From IMG/VR virus record IMGVR_UViG_3300037010_001749, positions 21,896 to 85,895 of that record: DNA of 64,000 bases. One strand, written 5' to 3'. Both the position numbers and the translations under genes were made by a program. Of the stretch, positions 1 through 7,982 are shown piece after piece. The DNA comes from a virus. Position 1 is the first letter of the stretch; the number at the start of each line of letters is the position of its first letter. The notes below the pieces were generated by a model. That model was given only the letters and a program-made list of their open reading frames with translations. It had not been told where the DNA came from and did not search any database.

Positions 1-27
1 TCTTCGCTGCTTTTGCCGCGGTTGGCT

Positions 28-276
28 TCACTCCTCGTCGCCACGGGATTGCTCCTTGCGTTCCCGGATCGTGGCCGAGATGTTGAGATGGATATAGGTG
101 CTCTGCAGTTCGTCCTCGCTGAGGCTCATGACCCGCTGTAGAAGGCGCGCACGCTGCAGCGTGATGACCCCGGCGAGCTCGACGCGAAAGCCCCCTTGCG
201 TCTTGTAGGACAAGACCGCGTGGGCCTGGCCTCTCGGTGCCGAATCCTTCGGTAGCTTTGCTTTCCAGTCGCTCAT
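28..276 (-). CDS. Hypothetical protein
   Basis: ATG with GAGG RBS, co-directional with the replication operon. Confidence 0.65.
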   Translation of the reverse strand: MSDWKAKLPKDSAPRGQAHAVLSYKTQGGFRVELAGVITLQRARLLQRVMSLSEDELQSTYIHLNISATIRERKEQSRGDEE

Positions 277-283
277 TTGTTCC

Positions 284-601
284 TCAAAAGGGGGTCGTGT
301 CCCCTGTATGTGATTTCAGTCGCAAGCCCAGCCAGGCAACTGCGCCTTCGTCTTCCCCGGCTCGAACTGCTCTGTTGGCCTCGCCTTCAGGGTGCTGGTC
401 ACAGAGGGCTGAGCCCTTTCGGTGTGGCCCCCAGAAGTAGGCCCCGGCACACCTGCAAGGTACGCGATGGATACGCTCAAGATCGAGGTAAAAGCGGTCA
501 TAACCGCAGTCCCGGCACTTGCGTTTTCGCCTGTACCACTGCAGGGAGTGCTTGAAGGTGTTGCGTGTTCTGCATCGGCTGCAGCGGTAGATGTGGGCCA
601 T
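284..601 (-). CDS. Cys-rich zinc-finger-like protein
   Basis: CSRC, CRDC, CRC and later C/H residues. Confidence 0.65.
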   Translation of the reverse strand: MAHIYRCSRCRTRNTFKHSLQWYRRKRKCRDCGYDRFYLDLERIHRVPCRCAGAYFWGPHRKGSALCDQHPEGEANRAVRAGEDEGAVAWLGLRLKSHTGDTTPF

Positions 602-948
602 AGTGCGGCTTGCTCCATGAAGATATTTCCTTTGGCTAGGTTAGCCGCCATCGGCAGCACTCGCAAGTTGTAGTGAACGTGCAGGCCGCAGACCAGATCG
701 CCTTTGAGCGGGATGATGTGATCCACGCTGTGTAGCGTGCCTGTCTCTTTGGTGAGACGCTTAGCGTCTCTGTAGAGCCTACGGATCAGGGCTTTATCGG
801 CCCAAGGCGGTGTCGCCATCTTCACCTTCAGCCGGTAGACTTTTCCGCGGAAGTTCCCTCGGCTGATGCGCAGTGGGCACCCAGGCCTGAATAACGGTCC
901 TGGGTGCTGTCCATCAAGCTGCAGCGATAGCTGTTCTGCTCTTGGCAC
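316..948 (-). CDS. HNH endonuclease (start and C-terminal extension uncertain)
   Basis: ATPPWAD...HSVDHIIPLKGDLVCGLHVHYNLRVL...N..KGN. Confidence 0.85.
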   Translation of the reverse strand: MPRAEQLSLQLDGQHPGPLFRPGCPLRISRGNFRGKVYRLKVKMATPPWADKALIRRLYRDAKRLTKETGTLHSVDHIIPLKGDLVCGLHVHYNLRVLPMAANLAKGNIFMEQAALWPTSTAAADAEHATPSSTPCSGTGENASAGTAVMTAFTSILSVSIAYLAGVPGPTSGGHTERAQPSVTSTLKARPTEQFEPGKTKAQLPGWACD

Positions 949-3900
949 GAGTCTCTTCCAGCTTTGCCATGCCGTAGGCCACAGCCTCGGCCGTGGGCTG
1001 CTCACCGATCTCGATCTGCTCGCCGAACGACGGGCCAAAGCTGATCGACGACTCGATGGGGATGGCCATGCCGCCATACGGCTGCACCATACAAGCGTGC
1101 ATCTCCTGCAGGAATGGCAGCAGATCTTTGGTCGCCACGCTCCACACGACTTCGTCGTGGATGGGACCGATGAACACGCAGTCGTACTTGAAGATCAGCC
1201 GGCGCTTCCAAGCCGCACCGTAGGCGCGCTTGGTTTGCTCTGCGGCAGACCCCTGTACCTTGAAATTCACAGCCTGGCGTTCAGCCTTGCTGGCCACATA
1301 GCCGTCGCCGCTGTTGAGCGCTGCCTGCAGGTGCCGCACCGCGCCACCCATCGTCCGCACGAAGCCCTTGTTGCTGGCTTCGCTGATGACGTCGTCCTTC
1401 CAAGCCGCAGCCACGGGGAAGGCTTCTTCCTTCGCAGCCACGAAGACTTCAGCGTCCTCCAGCGGGATCAGCAGCGTCTCGGCGACCTTCTTGGCCATTG
1501 CGCCGTACTCGGTCGTGAAGTTGACCTTCTTGCCGTAGACCCGAGAGTCCTTCGCTTCAGTATGCAGCGGGCTGGTCTTGTCTTGACGGGCGGCCTCAAA
1601 GGCCTCGTAGCTCCACTCATGCGCCGGGTACTTCCACTTCGCGATCCCGAGGCCAGTCAGCGAGTGCATGTCGCGCTTGTGCTCGCCAACGTAGCAGGCC
1701 ACCATGGCCGGGTCCTTGCTGTAGTCCGCGATGATGCGGAGTTCCTGCGAGGACTCGTCAAGTGAGGCGATGACCGCATCTGCGTGGTGGGGCACGATCA
1801 CTTCCCGGAACCGGGGAAGCTGACCCTCGATCTTCGGGTGCTTTGGCAGCTGCTGCTTGTTCGGCCCGCTCTCGCTTGACCTCCGGGTATTGGCTTCGCA
1901 CTGGTTCAGCGAAGAATGGAGCTTGCCAGTCTTCCAGTGCAGCAGGCCGGGGTACTTGTTGTAGTACAGGCTGCGCCGAGTCTCGACCATCTGCATCAGC
2001 TTCATCGCATTGAGGGCCTGCTTGTCATCCTCCTTAGCGTCGAACTTCAAGGCCCAATCGATGGCCAGCACGTCGGTCTTGGCCGACCCTTCACGCTGGC
2101 CGGCGGCCTTCATCACGTCCGTTGGCTTGTTACGAATGCGGATAGGCAGGCCCATCACTTCGTACATCAACCGGGCCTTCTGCTGCGGAGACCCACCATT
2201 GAACTTCGGTTCACCCTTGAAGTGGTTCTTGACGTAGGTGTTGAACGCAACCCAGGCCTGTGTCATCGAGCCGTCGTCGTTGTAGGCCGGCAGCTTGTAG
2301 CAGTTCAGAAGCAGCGCCGCCAAGGTGTCTTCCCCTTCAGCCGCCATCAGCGCCGCGAGCTTCTCGGACTTACGCGCCTGGGTGTCCAGGACCTTGTCTG
2401 TCACCAGGCTATAGGCCAGCTTCAGATCCGACGGCGTGCTCTTGGAGTCGAACACCGGGCAGACCGAGCCCTCCCAGCCGCGCTCCATGAGGTATCCACG
2501 TAGGATCGCCCAGGCCTCGTCGTAAGTCTTGTCGTCTTCCTTCGAAAGTTCCCGCATCTTCCCAGCCGAGAAATCAGTGCCCTGCAGGAACCCGGCGGCG
2601 CTCATGTAGGCCGCATCGATCTCTGTCTCGAGGTAGCACTGCCATGTGTGTTCGAGTTCCATCACAAGTCGGTAGAAGACGTGCAGCGCCGCAGTGCAGA
2701 TAGTGTCATCAGCGCCGTAGCTGAAGACCTCCGTTGCTGGCAACTCGTTAATCTTGTAGAGCCGAGTCACGGTGGCCGGGGTGTACGAGGCGGTCTCGCC
2801 GGCAGCGTCAAGTTCCAGCGCCTGCTCTTCGGTGATCTCGTTGTTGCCCGCGTCGTAGTAGGCCGCCGGGATGTTGACCCTGACGAGGCGGCCGCCCTTG
2901 CGCATCTCGTCTTCCGGGCCGGTGCGGCTGCAGGTTTCCTTGTACGTTTGCTGCTTGTATCCCAGGTGGTAGTCAGAGCGGAACTTGAGCCCGTTCTTCA
3001 GGTTCTCGTCCACGTAGGACGCTTCAATCTTGGTATCGAGGCAGTTGGTCAGAAAGCCGTCGGCGCCGTTGTCCTCCTGCTGCGCGGACCACTCCTGGTA
3101 CAGCACCGTGAGTTCGAAGCTCAGGTTCTGGATCACCTTCTCGGGCTTGATCTGGGCAATCAGCTGCCGCACAGCTTCGCTGGGCACGTTGCGGGTCTCA
3201 GCGTGGTCCACACTGATGTAGACCGTGTACTGCAGGTTGTCCCCGAACGTGAGGCTCAAGCCTGTCAGCGTGCTGCCCAGGACGTCGACGCCGTCCGGGT
3301 CTGGCGGCTGCTGGTTCTGCAGCCACTCATCGGACTCGGGCGGAGTCGATGTCTCGATGTCCAGTGCCACGAACGGTGAGCGCTGGCACTGCTGCAAGCA
3401 GAAGTCGCGCTGGGCTTCCCAGTTGTCCGTAGTCACGAGCCAGGACTGGCCGGCGTAGCGCTCCAAGCGCTCGTCGGTCACGCCGCGCACGAAGGTCTTC
3501 ACCTTACCTGGGCGCCACTTCAGCTGGAAGCTCCGGCTATTGACCCACTCCGGGTGCAGCGATGCGAGCTTGAAGCTCTGCATCGTGCGCTCGGCGTTCT
3601 TGCAGATCAGCGCGATGGCCTTGTCTTCCTCGGCCTGGGCAAACAACGGGCCCAGCGAGCCGGCCTGCATCAAGTCCAGCAGGTGCTGCAGGCCTTCGTT
3701 GTCATACACCAGGCGGAAGCCGTCCCAGGTCTTCTCACCGAAGCCCGGGCAGCCTGGGATGTTGTCGCTGTCATCACCCACAAGCGACTTGTAGACGGTA
3801 ATGAGGTGGAAGGGAAAATCGCCGTACTTGTTGTGATTGACCTTTCCGTTGATCCACACGTGGACCTTGGCACCCTGCTCGTTCGTGCCCACCAACGCTG

Positions 3901-4345
3901 CCATGTCGTTGTCGTGGGTGGCGATCAGGATGTCACGCTCGGAGTGCTTAGCTAAGTAGGCCAGCACGTCGTCGCCTTCGACCGTGTCCTGACTCACCGC
4001 AGTGGCGCCCACGTCACGCCAGGTCTGCTCGAGCATGCCCAGCATCTTCTGGAACTCGGCGTAGGCTTCGGGCGGCCGCGCATCGCGCTTACCCTTGTAC
4101 TTCGGGTCAATGGCCAGCCGGCGACGCTTGCTGTTCTGGCCTTCGAAGACCAGGATGCATTCGTGGGGCGTAGCGCCTGCCGCCTTCATCGCACCCAGCA
4201 TCGAGTTCATGGTGTTCTCGTAGCCATACGGTGCGGTGTTGATGTGGACTTCTTTCTCTTCGTGGAGAACCTTGTAGCCCTCCTTGTCTTTCGAGACCAG
4301 GAGGCCATTCCAGCCGAAGCTGGACATATCAAATGCGAGTTGCAT
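914..4345 (-). CDS. polA: Family A DNA polymerase with N-terminal 5'-3' exonuclease and 3'-5' exonuclease domains
   Basis: EGDDVL and GDDSDNIPGCPGFGEKT (5'-3' exo); ALDIET (ExoI); motif A DESSQELRI, motif B KKVNFTTEYG, motif C IHDEV. Confidence 0.95.
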   Translation of the reverse strand: MQLAFDMSSFGWNGLLVSKDKEGYKVLHEEKEVHINTAPYGYENTMNSMLGAMKAAGATPHECILVFEGQNSKRRRLAIDPKYKGKRDARPPEAYAEFQKMLGMLEQTWRDVGATAVSQDTVEGDDVLAYLAKHSERDILIATHDNDMAALVGTNEQGAKVHVWINGKVNHNKYGDFPFHLITVYKSLVGDDSDNIPGCPGFGEKTWDGFRLVYDNEGLQHLLDLMQAGSLGPLFAQAEEDKAIALICKNAERTMQSFKLASLHPEWVNSRSFQLKWRPGKVKTFVRGVTDERLERYAGQSWLVTTDNWEAQRDFCLQQCQRSPFVALDIETSTPPESDEWLQNQQPPDPDGVDVLGSTLTGLSLTFGDNLQYTVYISVDHAETRNVPSEAVRQLIAQIKPEKVIQNLSFELTVLYQEWSAQQEDNGADGFLTNCLDTKIEASYVDENLKNGLKFRSDYHLGYKQQTYKETCSRTGPEDEMRKGGRLVRVNIPAAYYDAGNNEITEEQALELDAAGETASYTPATVTRLYKINELPATEVFSYGADDTICTAALHVFYRLVMELEHTWQCYLETEIDAAYMSAAGFLQGTDFSAGKMRELSKEDDKTYDEAWAILRGYLMERGWEGSVCPVFDSKSTPSDLKLAYSLVTDKVLDTQARKSEKLAALMAAEGEDTLAALLLNCYKLPAYNDDGSMTQAWVAFNTYVKNHFKGEPKFNGGSPQQKARLMYEVMGLPIRIRNKPTDVMKAAGQREGSAKTDVLAIDWALKFDAKEDDKQALNAMKLMQMVETRRSLYYNKYPGLLHWKTGKLHSSLNQCEANTRRSSESGPNKQQLPKHPKIEGQLPRFREVIVPHHADAVIASLDESSQELRIIADYSKDPAMVACYVGEHKRDMHSLTGLGIAKWKYPAHEWSYEAFEAARQDKTSPLHTEAKDSRVYGKKVNFTTEYGAMAKKVAETLLIPLEDAEVFVAAKEEAFPVAAAWKDDVISEASNKGFVRTMGGAVRHLQAALNSGDGYVASKAERQAVNFKVQGSAAEQTKRAYGAAWKRRLIFKYDCVFIGPIHDEVVWSVATKDLLPFLQEMHACMVQPYGGMAIPIESSISFGPSFGEQIEIGEQPTAEAVAYGMAKLEETRAKSRTAIAAA

Positions 4346-4780
4346 TTACTTGTTGTCCTTGATCGTGTAGTGGTGCGGCTGCTTGCCCTTGTGCAGCTCG
4401 AGGATGGCCGCCGCCTGGCTGTTCAACTCGGCAAGTTCAAAAGAGACGCCGTTCATCGGACGGTCGTCAACCATGTTCCCCTGCAGCATAGAGTCGCGCA
4501 GCACCATGAGGCTTGCGATGGCCTTGTCCAGGTGGTGCATGCCGCTGTCAGGGTCGATGTCTTGGCCTTCCCACCATGGGACGATGTGCCGGGCGACCGT
4601 AGCGTCGAAGTAGACCGAGGCTCGAACGCCGGCGCCGCGGTAGTTGTGCCGGCCGTACTTCGCAGCGCCTTCGAGCATGGCCAGGCCTATGCGCCACAGC
4701 ACACGCATAGGCAGGGTAGAGAAGGGCACCTTGGCAGTGCCAATGGCGTCCTTCGGGTTGGTCTCTTTACGCTCGCCCAT
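4346..4780 (-). CDS. dATP/dGTP diphosphohydrolase N-terminal domain (DUF5664-like) protein
   Basis: NPKD..G..K, GAAKYGRHNYR, RH...WWEGQDIDPDSGMHHL..A. Confidence 0.85.
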   Translation of the reverse strand: MGERKETNPKDAIGTAKVPFSTLPMRVLWRIGLAMLEGAAKYGRHNYRGAGVRASVYFDATVARHIVPWWEGQDIDPDSGMHHLDKAIASLMVLRDSMLQGNMVDDRPMNGVSFELAELNSQAAAILELHKGKQPHHYTIKDNK

Positions 4781-5792
4781 TCTCAGCCTTGTTGATCTCG
4801 AATTTGAGTGTGTTGACGATCCGGCTTTCCACTCGGCGACTCAGCACCGCAGGCAGTATCCGACGTGGGTCGTAGACCCGTTTGGCAAAGTCTTCCAGGC
4901 GCATGTGAGTCGGCACCAGGATCTCCACGAGCATCGAGACTTTGAGGCGATCCACGTACTGCCAGTCCTCCATAACGCCCAAGGCCTCCTTGAACGCCGC
5001 CACCCGCGCCTTGCGCTTGAAGGCCTCGACTGACATGCGCTCCACCGCTTGCACAAGCTCCTTGCATAGCTGACCGTCAGACAAGATACGCAGCGTCTGC
5101 AGCGCGTAGTCCACACCTTCGAACTCTGGAAACTTCTCCAGGTTCTCGTGCAGCACGGAGCGCAGCCTGGCGATGAGGTCGTAGTGGCAAGTCATGGAGA
5201 TGATGCCCCGGGGCATCTCCAGCATGCCTGCCACAGCGTTGGAGCAGTCAGCGTCCCAGGCCTCGGCGTACACCGAAGGGAAGCCGGAGACGACACCGAT
5301 CTGGCCCCACTGAGTCTCAGCGTAGTAGTTGCTTGCGTCTTCGACGAAACCTATGATGCCGGCACAGGAGGTGCGGAATACCCGGGCCACTTCCATGGCA
5401 AACATGGCGCCAGTTGCGTGCGTGCCTACCGGCCAGTCCTCGGGTAGCGGAAACGCCATCTTGCGCTCGCCAACCGGGACCTTCTGAAAGACCAGGGCCA
5501 TGCCGCGGTGGCCATCCAATGTGCTGAACTCTTCCGGAGCAAAGCGAAGAAGCTCCAGGCCTCGACGGTAGAAGGCGTGGAGTTCCTCAGCGTTAAGGGG
5601 CAACGGATAGTCCAGGTACTCGTGCAGAGGTACGCCCAGAAGCATCTGCGGGGCCTTCAGCGGTGGGGCCTGCCAGGGCAGGTCCGTGATGCTGATAGGC
5701 CCCTGCAACAAGTCCGCTGGGCTATAGCCAGCGTTGCTGAAGGAGGTGGCTATGGCCTCCGACAGTACGCGGGTTCTATTGAGCCTGGCCAT
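4767..5792 (-). CDS. Hypothetical protein, 341 aa
   Basis: Long ORF overlapping both neighbours in the operon. Confidence 0.7.
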   Translation of the reverse strand: MARLNRTRVLSEAIATSFSNAGYSPADLLQGPISITDLPWQAPPLKAPQMLLGVPLHEYLDYPLPLNAEELHAFYRRGLELLRFAPEEFSTLDGHRGMALVFQKVPVGERKMAFPLPEDWPVGTHATGAMFAMEVARVFRTSCAGIIGFVEDASNYYAETQWGQIGVVSGFPSVYAEAWDADCSNAVAGMLEMPRGIISMTCHYDLIARLRSVLHENLEKFPEFEGVDYALQTLRILSDGQLCKELVQAVERMSVEAFKRKARVAAFKEALGVMEDWQYVDRLKVSMLVEILVPTHMRLEDFAKRVYDPRRILPAVLSRRVESRIVNTLKFEINKAENGRA

Positions 5793-6378
5793 TCCCCGCG
5801 CCCGCCTCCAGAACCGTCCGCTCGTTGGTCAGATCGCGGTCCAGCGTGGCCTGCAGGTCGAAGACCGCGCCACCGTTGCGCGCCGCGAGCTTGGCGTCGT
5901 TGACCATCAAGCACTGGCGCATAGTGAAGCCATGGCGCTGCAGCAAGACAACCAGGAGCAGCATGCTCGCTTCGAGGCCTTCCAGCAGGTCGTAGTCACT
6001 GATACCCAGTTCAGCCTGGGCTGACACAGCGGCCAGCCCGGTGTTGAGTAACTTCACCAACCGCGGGCCAGCGTATTCGGCCTCTCTGGCCTCGGCTTTC
6101 GCCAGAGACTTCATGGCCTTCTCGACCCAAGAGTCCAGCTTGCTCATGCTGATTTCTCGCTCGTCGCAGAGCAATGTGAAGTACCACAGCACGTCGCCGA
6201 TCTCTTCGAGAAGGTTGACGGCGTCGAACGGCCGGCCGTAGGCCAGGCAGCGCTTGTAGATATTGGCGATCTCTCCGGACTCGGAGATGATGCCCAGTTG
6301 GGCGTGCTCGATCTGGGCGTCATGATCCAACTTTGCCGCGCGATTCCGCACAGTCACAAGGTATTCGGTGAAGTTCAT
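5776..6378 (-). CDS. MazG-like NTP pyrophosphohydrolase
   Basis: LGIISESGEIANIYKR...LLEEIGDVLWY. Confidence 0.85.
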   Translation of the reverse strand: MNFTEYLVTVRNRAAKLDHDAQIEHAQLGIISESGEIANIYKRCLAYGRPFDAVNLLEEIGDVLWYFTLLCDEREISMSKLDSWVEKAMKSLAKAEAREAEYAGPRLVKLLNTGLAAVSAQAELGISDYDLLEGLEASMLLLVVLLQRHGFTMRQCLMVNDAKLAARNGGAVFDLQATLDRDLTNERTVLEAGAGNGQAQ

Positions 6379-7047
6379 TCAGATCTCCGCAGCGCGAAGC
6401 TGCATGAGTGAGTAGCGAAGGTCGTCGTCGATGCTGGCTTCCAGCAGTAGCCATGTGCGGTACTGCCTCGGCAGGCTCTCCAGTGGCCGGTCTTTGTGCT
6501 CGCCGAAGGGCATGGTATAGATCGTGTGGCGCGGCACGTTGAGCAGCGACAGCAAGTCGCGGCCGTCAAGCCTGAGCATCTGGCGCAAGCAGGCCTGCAC
6601 CGTCAGCACGTCGTCCATGGCCCTGTGGGCGGATCCCGGGTCCACACCGAAATGCGTGGCCATCGTGCCCAGCCGGTGGTTCTCCAGCGCCGGCAGCAAC
6701 CGGCGAACGTGCTGCAAGGTGCAGAAGGTTCGCTCGATGTTCAGTATCGGCGCGAAGAACGGCTTGTCGAACTTGACGTTGTGCGCGATGAAGGTGCAAG
6801 GATCCTCGATCCTGCCGCCCATCACGACCGAGACGTACTCTTCGATCGTCGGCTCGGTCAGCACGTGGTGGTCGTGTATCCCATGGATCTCCGTGGCCCC
6901 CGGAGAGATGGGCATCTCCGGGTCGATCAGGGATTGCCAGGACCGCAAGGTGTCCAGGCTGTAGGGGTCGATCTCAATGAAAGCGACCTCCACCGCTTTC
7001 GCTTTGTGGAGGCCGGTCGTTTCGGTATCACCGATGAAGTAGCGCAT
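6379..7047 (-). CDS. DEDDh 3'-5' exonuclease (ExoX/epsilon-like)
   Basis: DTETTG, AHNVKFD, AHRAMDD, C-terminal MPFGEHK; GGAG RBS before ATG 7047. Confidence 0.9.
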   Translation of the reverse strand: MRYFIGDTETTGLHKAKAVEVAFIEIDPYSLDTLRSWQSLIDPEMPISPGATEIHGIHDHHVLTEPTIEEYVSVVMGGRIEDPCTFIAHNVKFDKPFFAPILNIERTFCTLQHVRRLLPALENHRLGTMATHFGVDPGSAHRAMDDVLTVQACLRQMLRLDGRDLLSLLNVPRHTIYTMPFGEHKDRPLESLPRQYRTWLLLEASIDDDLRYSLMQLRAAEI

Positions 7048-7085
7048 AACGCTCCAGAAGGAGGAGCCCCGTAGGGCCCCTTGGC

Positions 7086-7904
7086 TTAGGTTGCTGCCGG
7101 GGTGCGGGTGAATACCAAGGCGGTGTAGTCCTTGTTGGCCTTCTTCTGCGTCTCGGCCGAGCAGGTGGCCCGGATGAAGCGCAGCTGGTCGAGCATCATG
7201 CGCTCCTTGGCCACGTCGAACGCCGACTGGTTCGTATAGCGCTCGAAGTTGGAGCGCGTCGTCGGCGGGACGTCGATCTGGAATAGTTCGCCCTCGTCCA
7301 CGTCTGCGTCCTTGTCGCAGTCCAGCAGAGAGACCACCAGGACCATGCGCTGGCTCAGGCGCGCATCCGGGTAATCGAGCTTCTTCAGGTTGGCGATGTA
7401 CTCGGAGCACAGTTCGCCGGAGCCCTTGACGTGCACACCGTCGTCGGAGTAGCGGGCCAGGTCGCGGGCTTCGTCGGTGTCCTTGCCCGGGGAGATCATC
7501 CAGTTGTCCTGGTAGGACAGCAGTTCGAAGTCGATCCAGTCACCGAAGGTGCGCTTGCCGTCAGCGGTCTTGATCTTGCCGCTGTTGAACTTCAGGCGCA
7601 CCAGCGTGTCCCAGTCGACGCGCAAAGCGTCCTTGATGGAACTGATGGCGGCCTTGACCTCGGCGATGCGGGCCACTGCGCTGTTGGTCGGCATGACCAG
7701 GCCGGTGCTGGTGGGCTTCGCCACCAGGCTGGAAGCGGCGGGAGCCGCCGCCGAAGCAGGAGCGGCGGCAGGTGCCGCGGCGGGAGCGGGAGCCGAGGCT
7801 TGAGCCTCGGCCGGGGCTGAGGCCACACCAACAGCAGGGGCAGATGCGTCAGGGCTCGGCTCGAAAGGAGCGGAGGCGGCGGAGGCGCGGCGTGTGAGTG
7901 CCAT
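7086..7904 (-). CDS. Hypothetical protein, possible ssDNA-binding protein, with Ala/Pro-rich N-terminus
   Basis: Position in the replication module; function is inference. Confidence 0.55.
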   Translation of the reverse strand: MALTRRASAASAPFEPSPDASAPAVGVASAPAEAQASAPAPAAAPAAAPASAAAPAASSLVAKPTSTGLVMPTNSAVARIAEVKAAISSIKDALRVDWDTLVRLKFNSGKIKTADGKRTFGDWIDFELLSYQDNWMISPGKDTDEARDLARYSDDGVHVKGSGELCSEYIANLKKLDYPDARLSQRMVLVVSLLDCDKDADVDEGELFQIDVPPTTRSNFERYTNQSAFDVAKERMMLDQLRFIRATCSAETQKKANKDYTALVFTRTPAAT

Positions 7905-7982
7905 GTGAGTTTGCTTTCGTTACGATCAATGTTGACGTTGAGATGGCCTACCTGACCCAGGTAGGAGATTGCGATTATGTCA

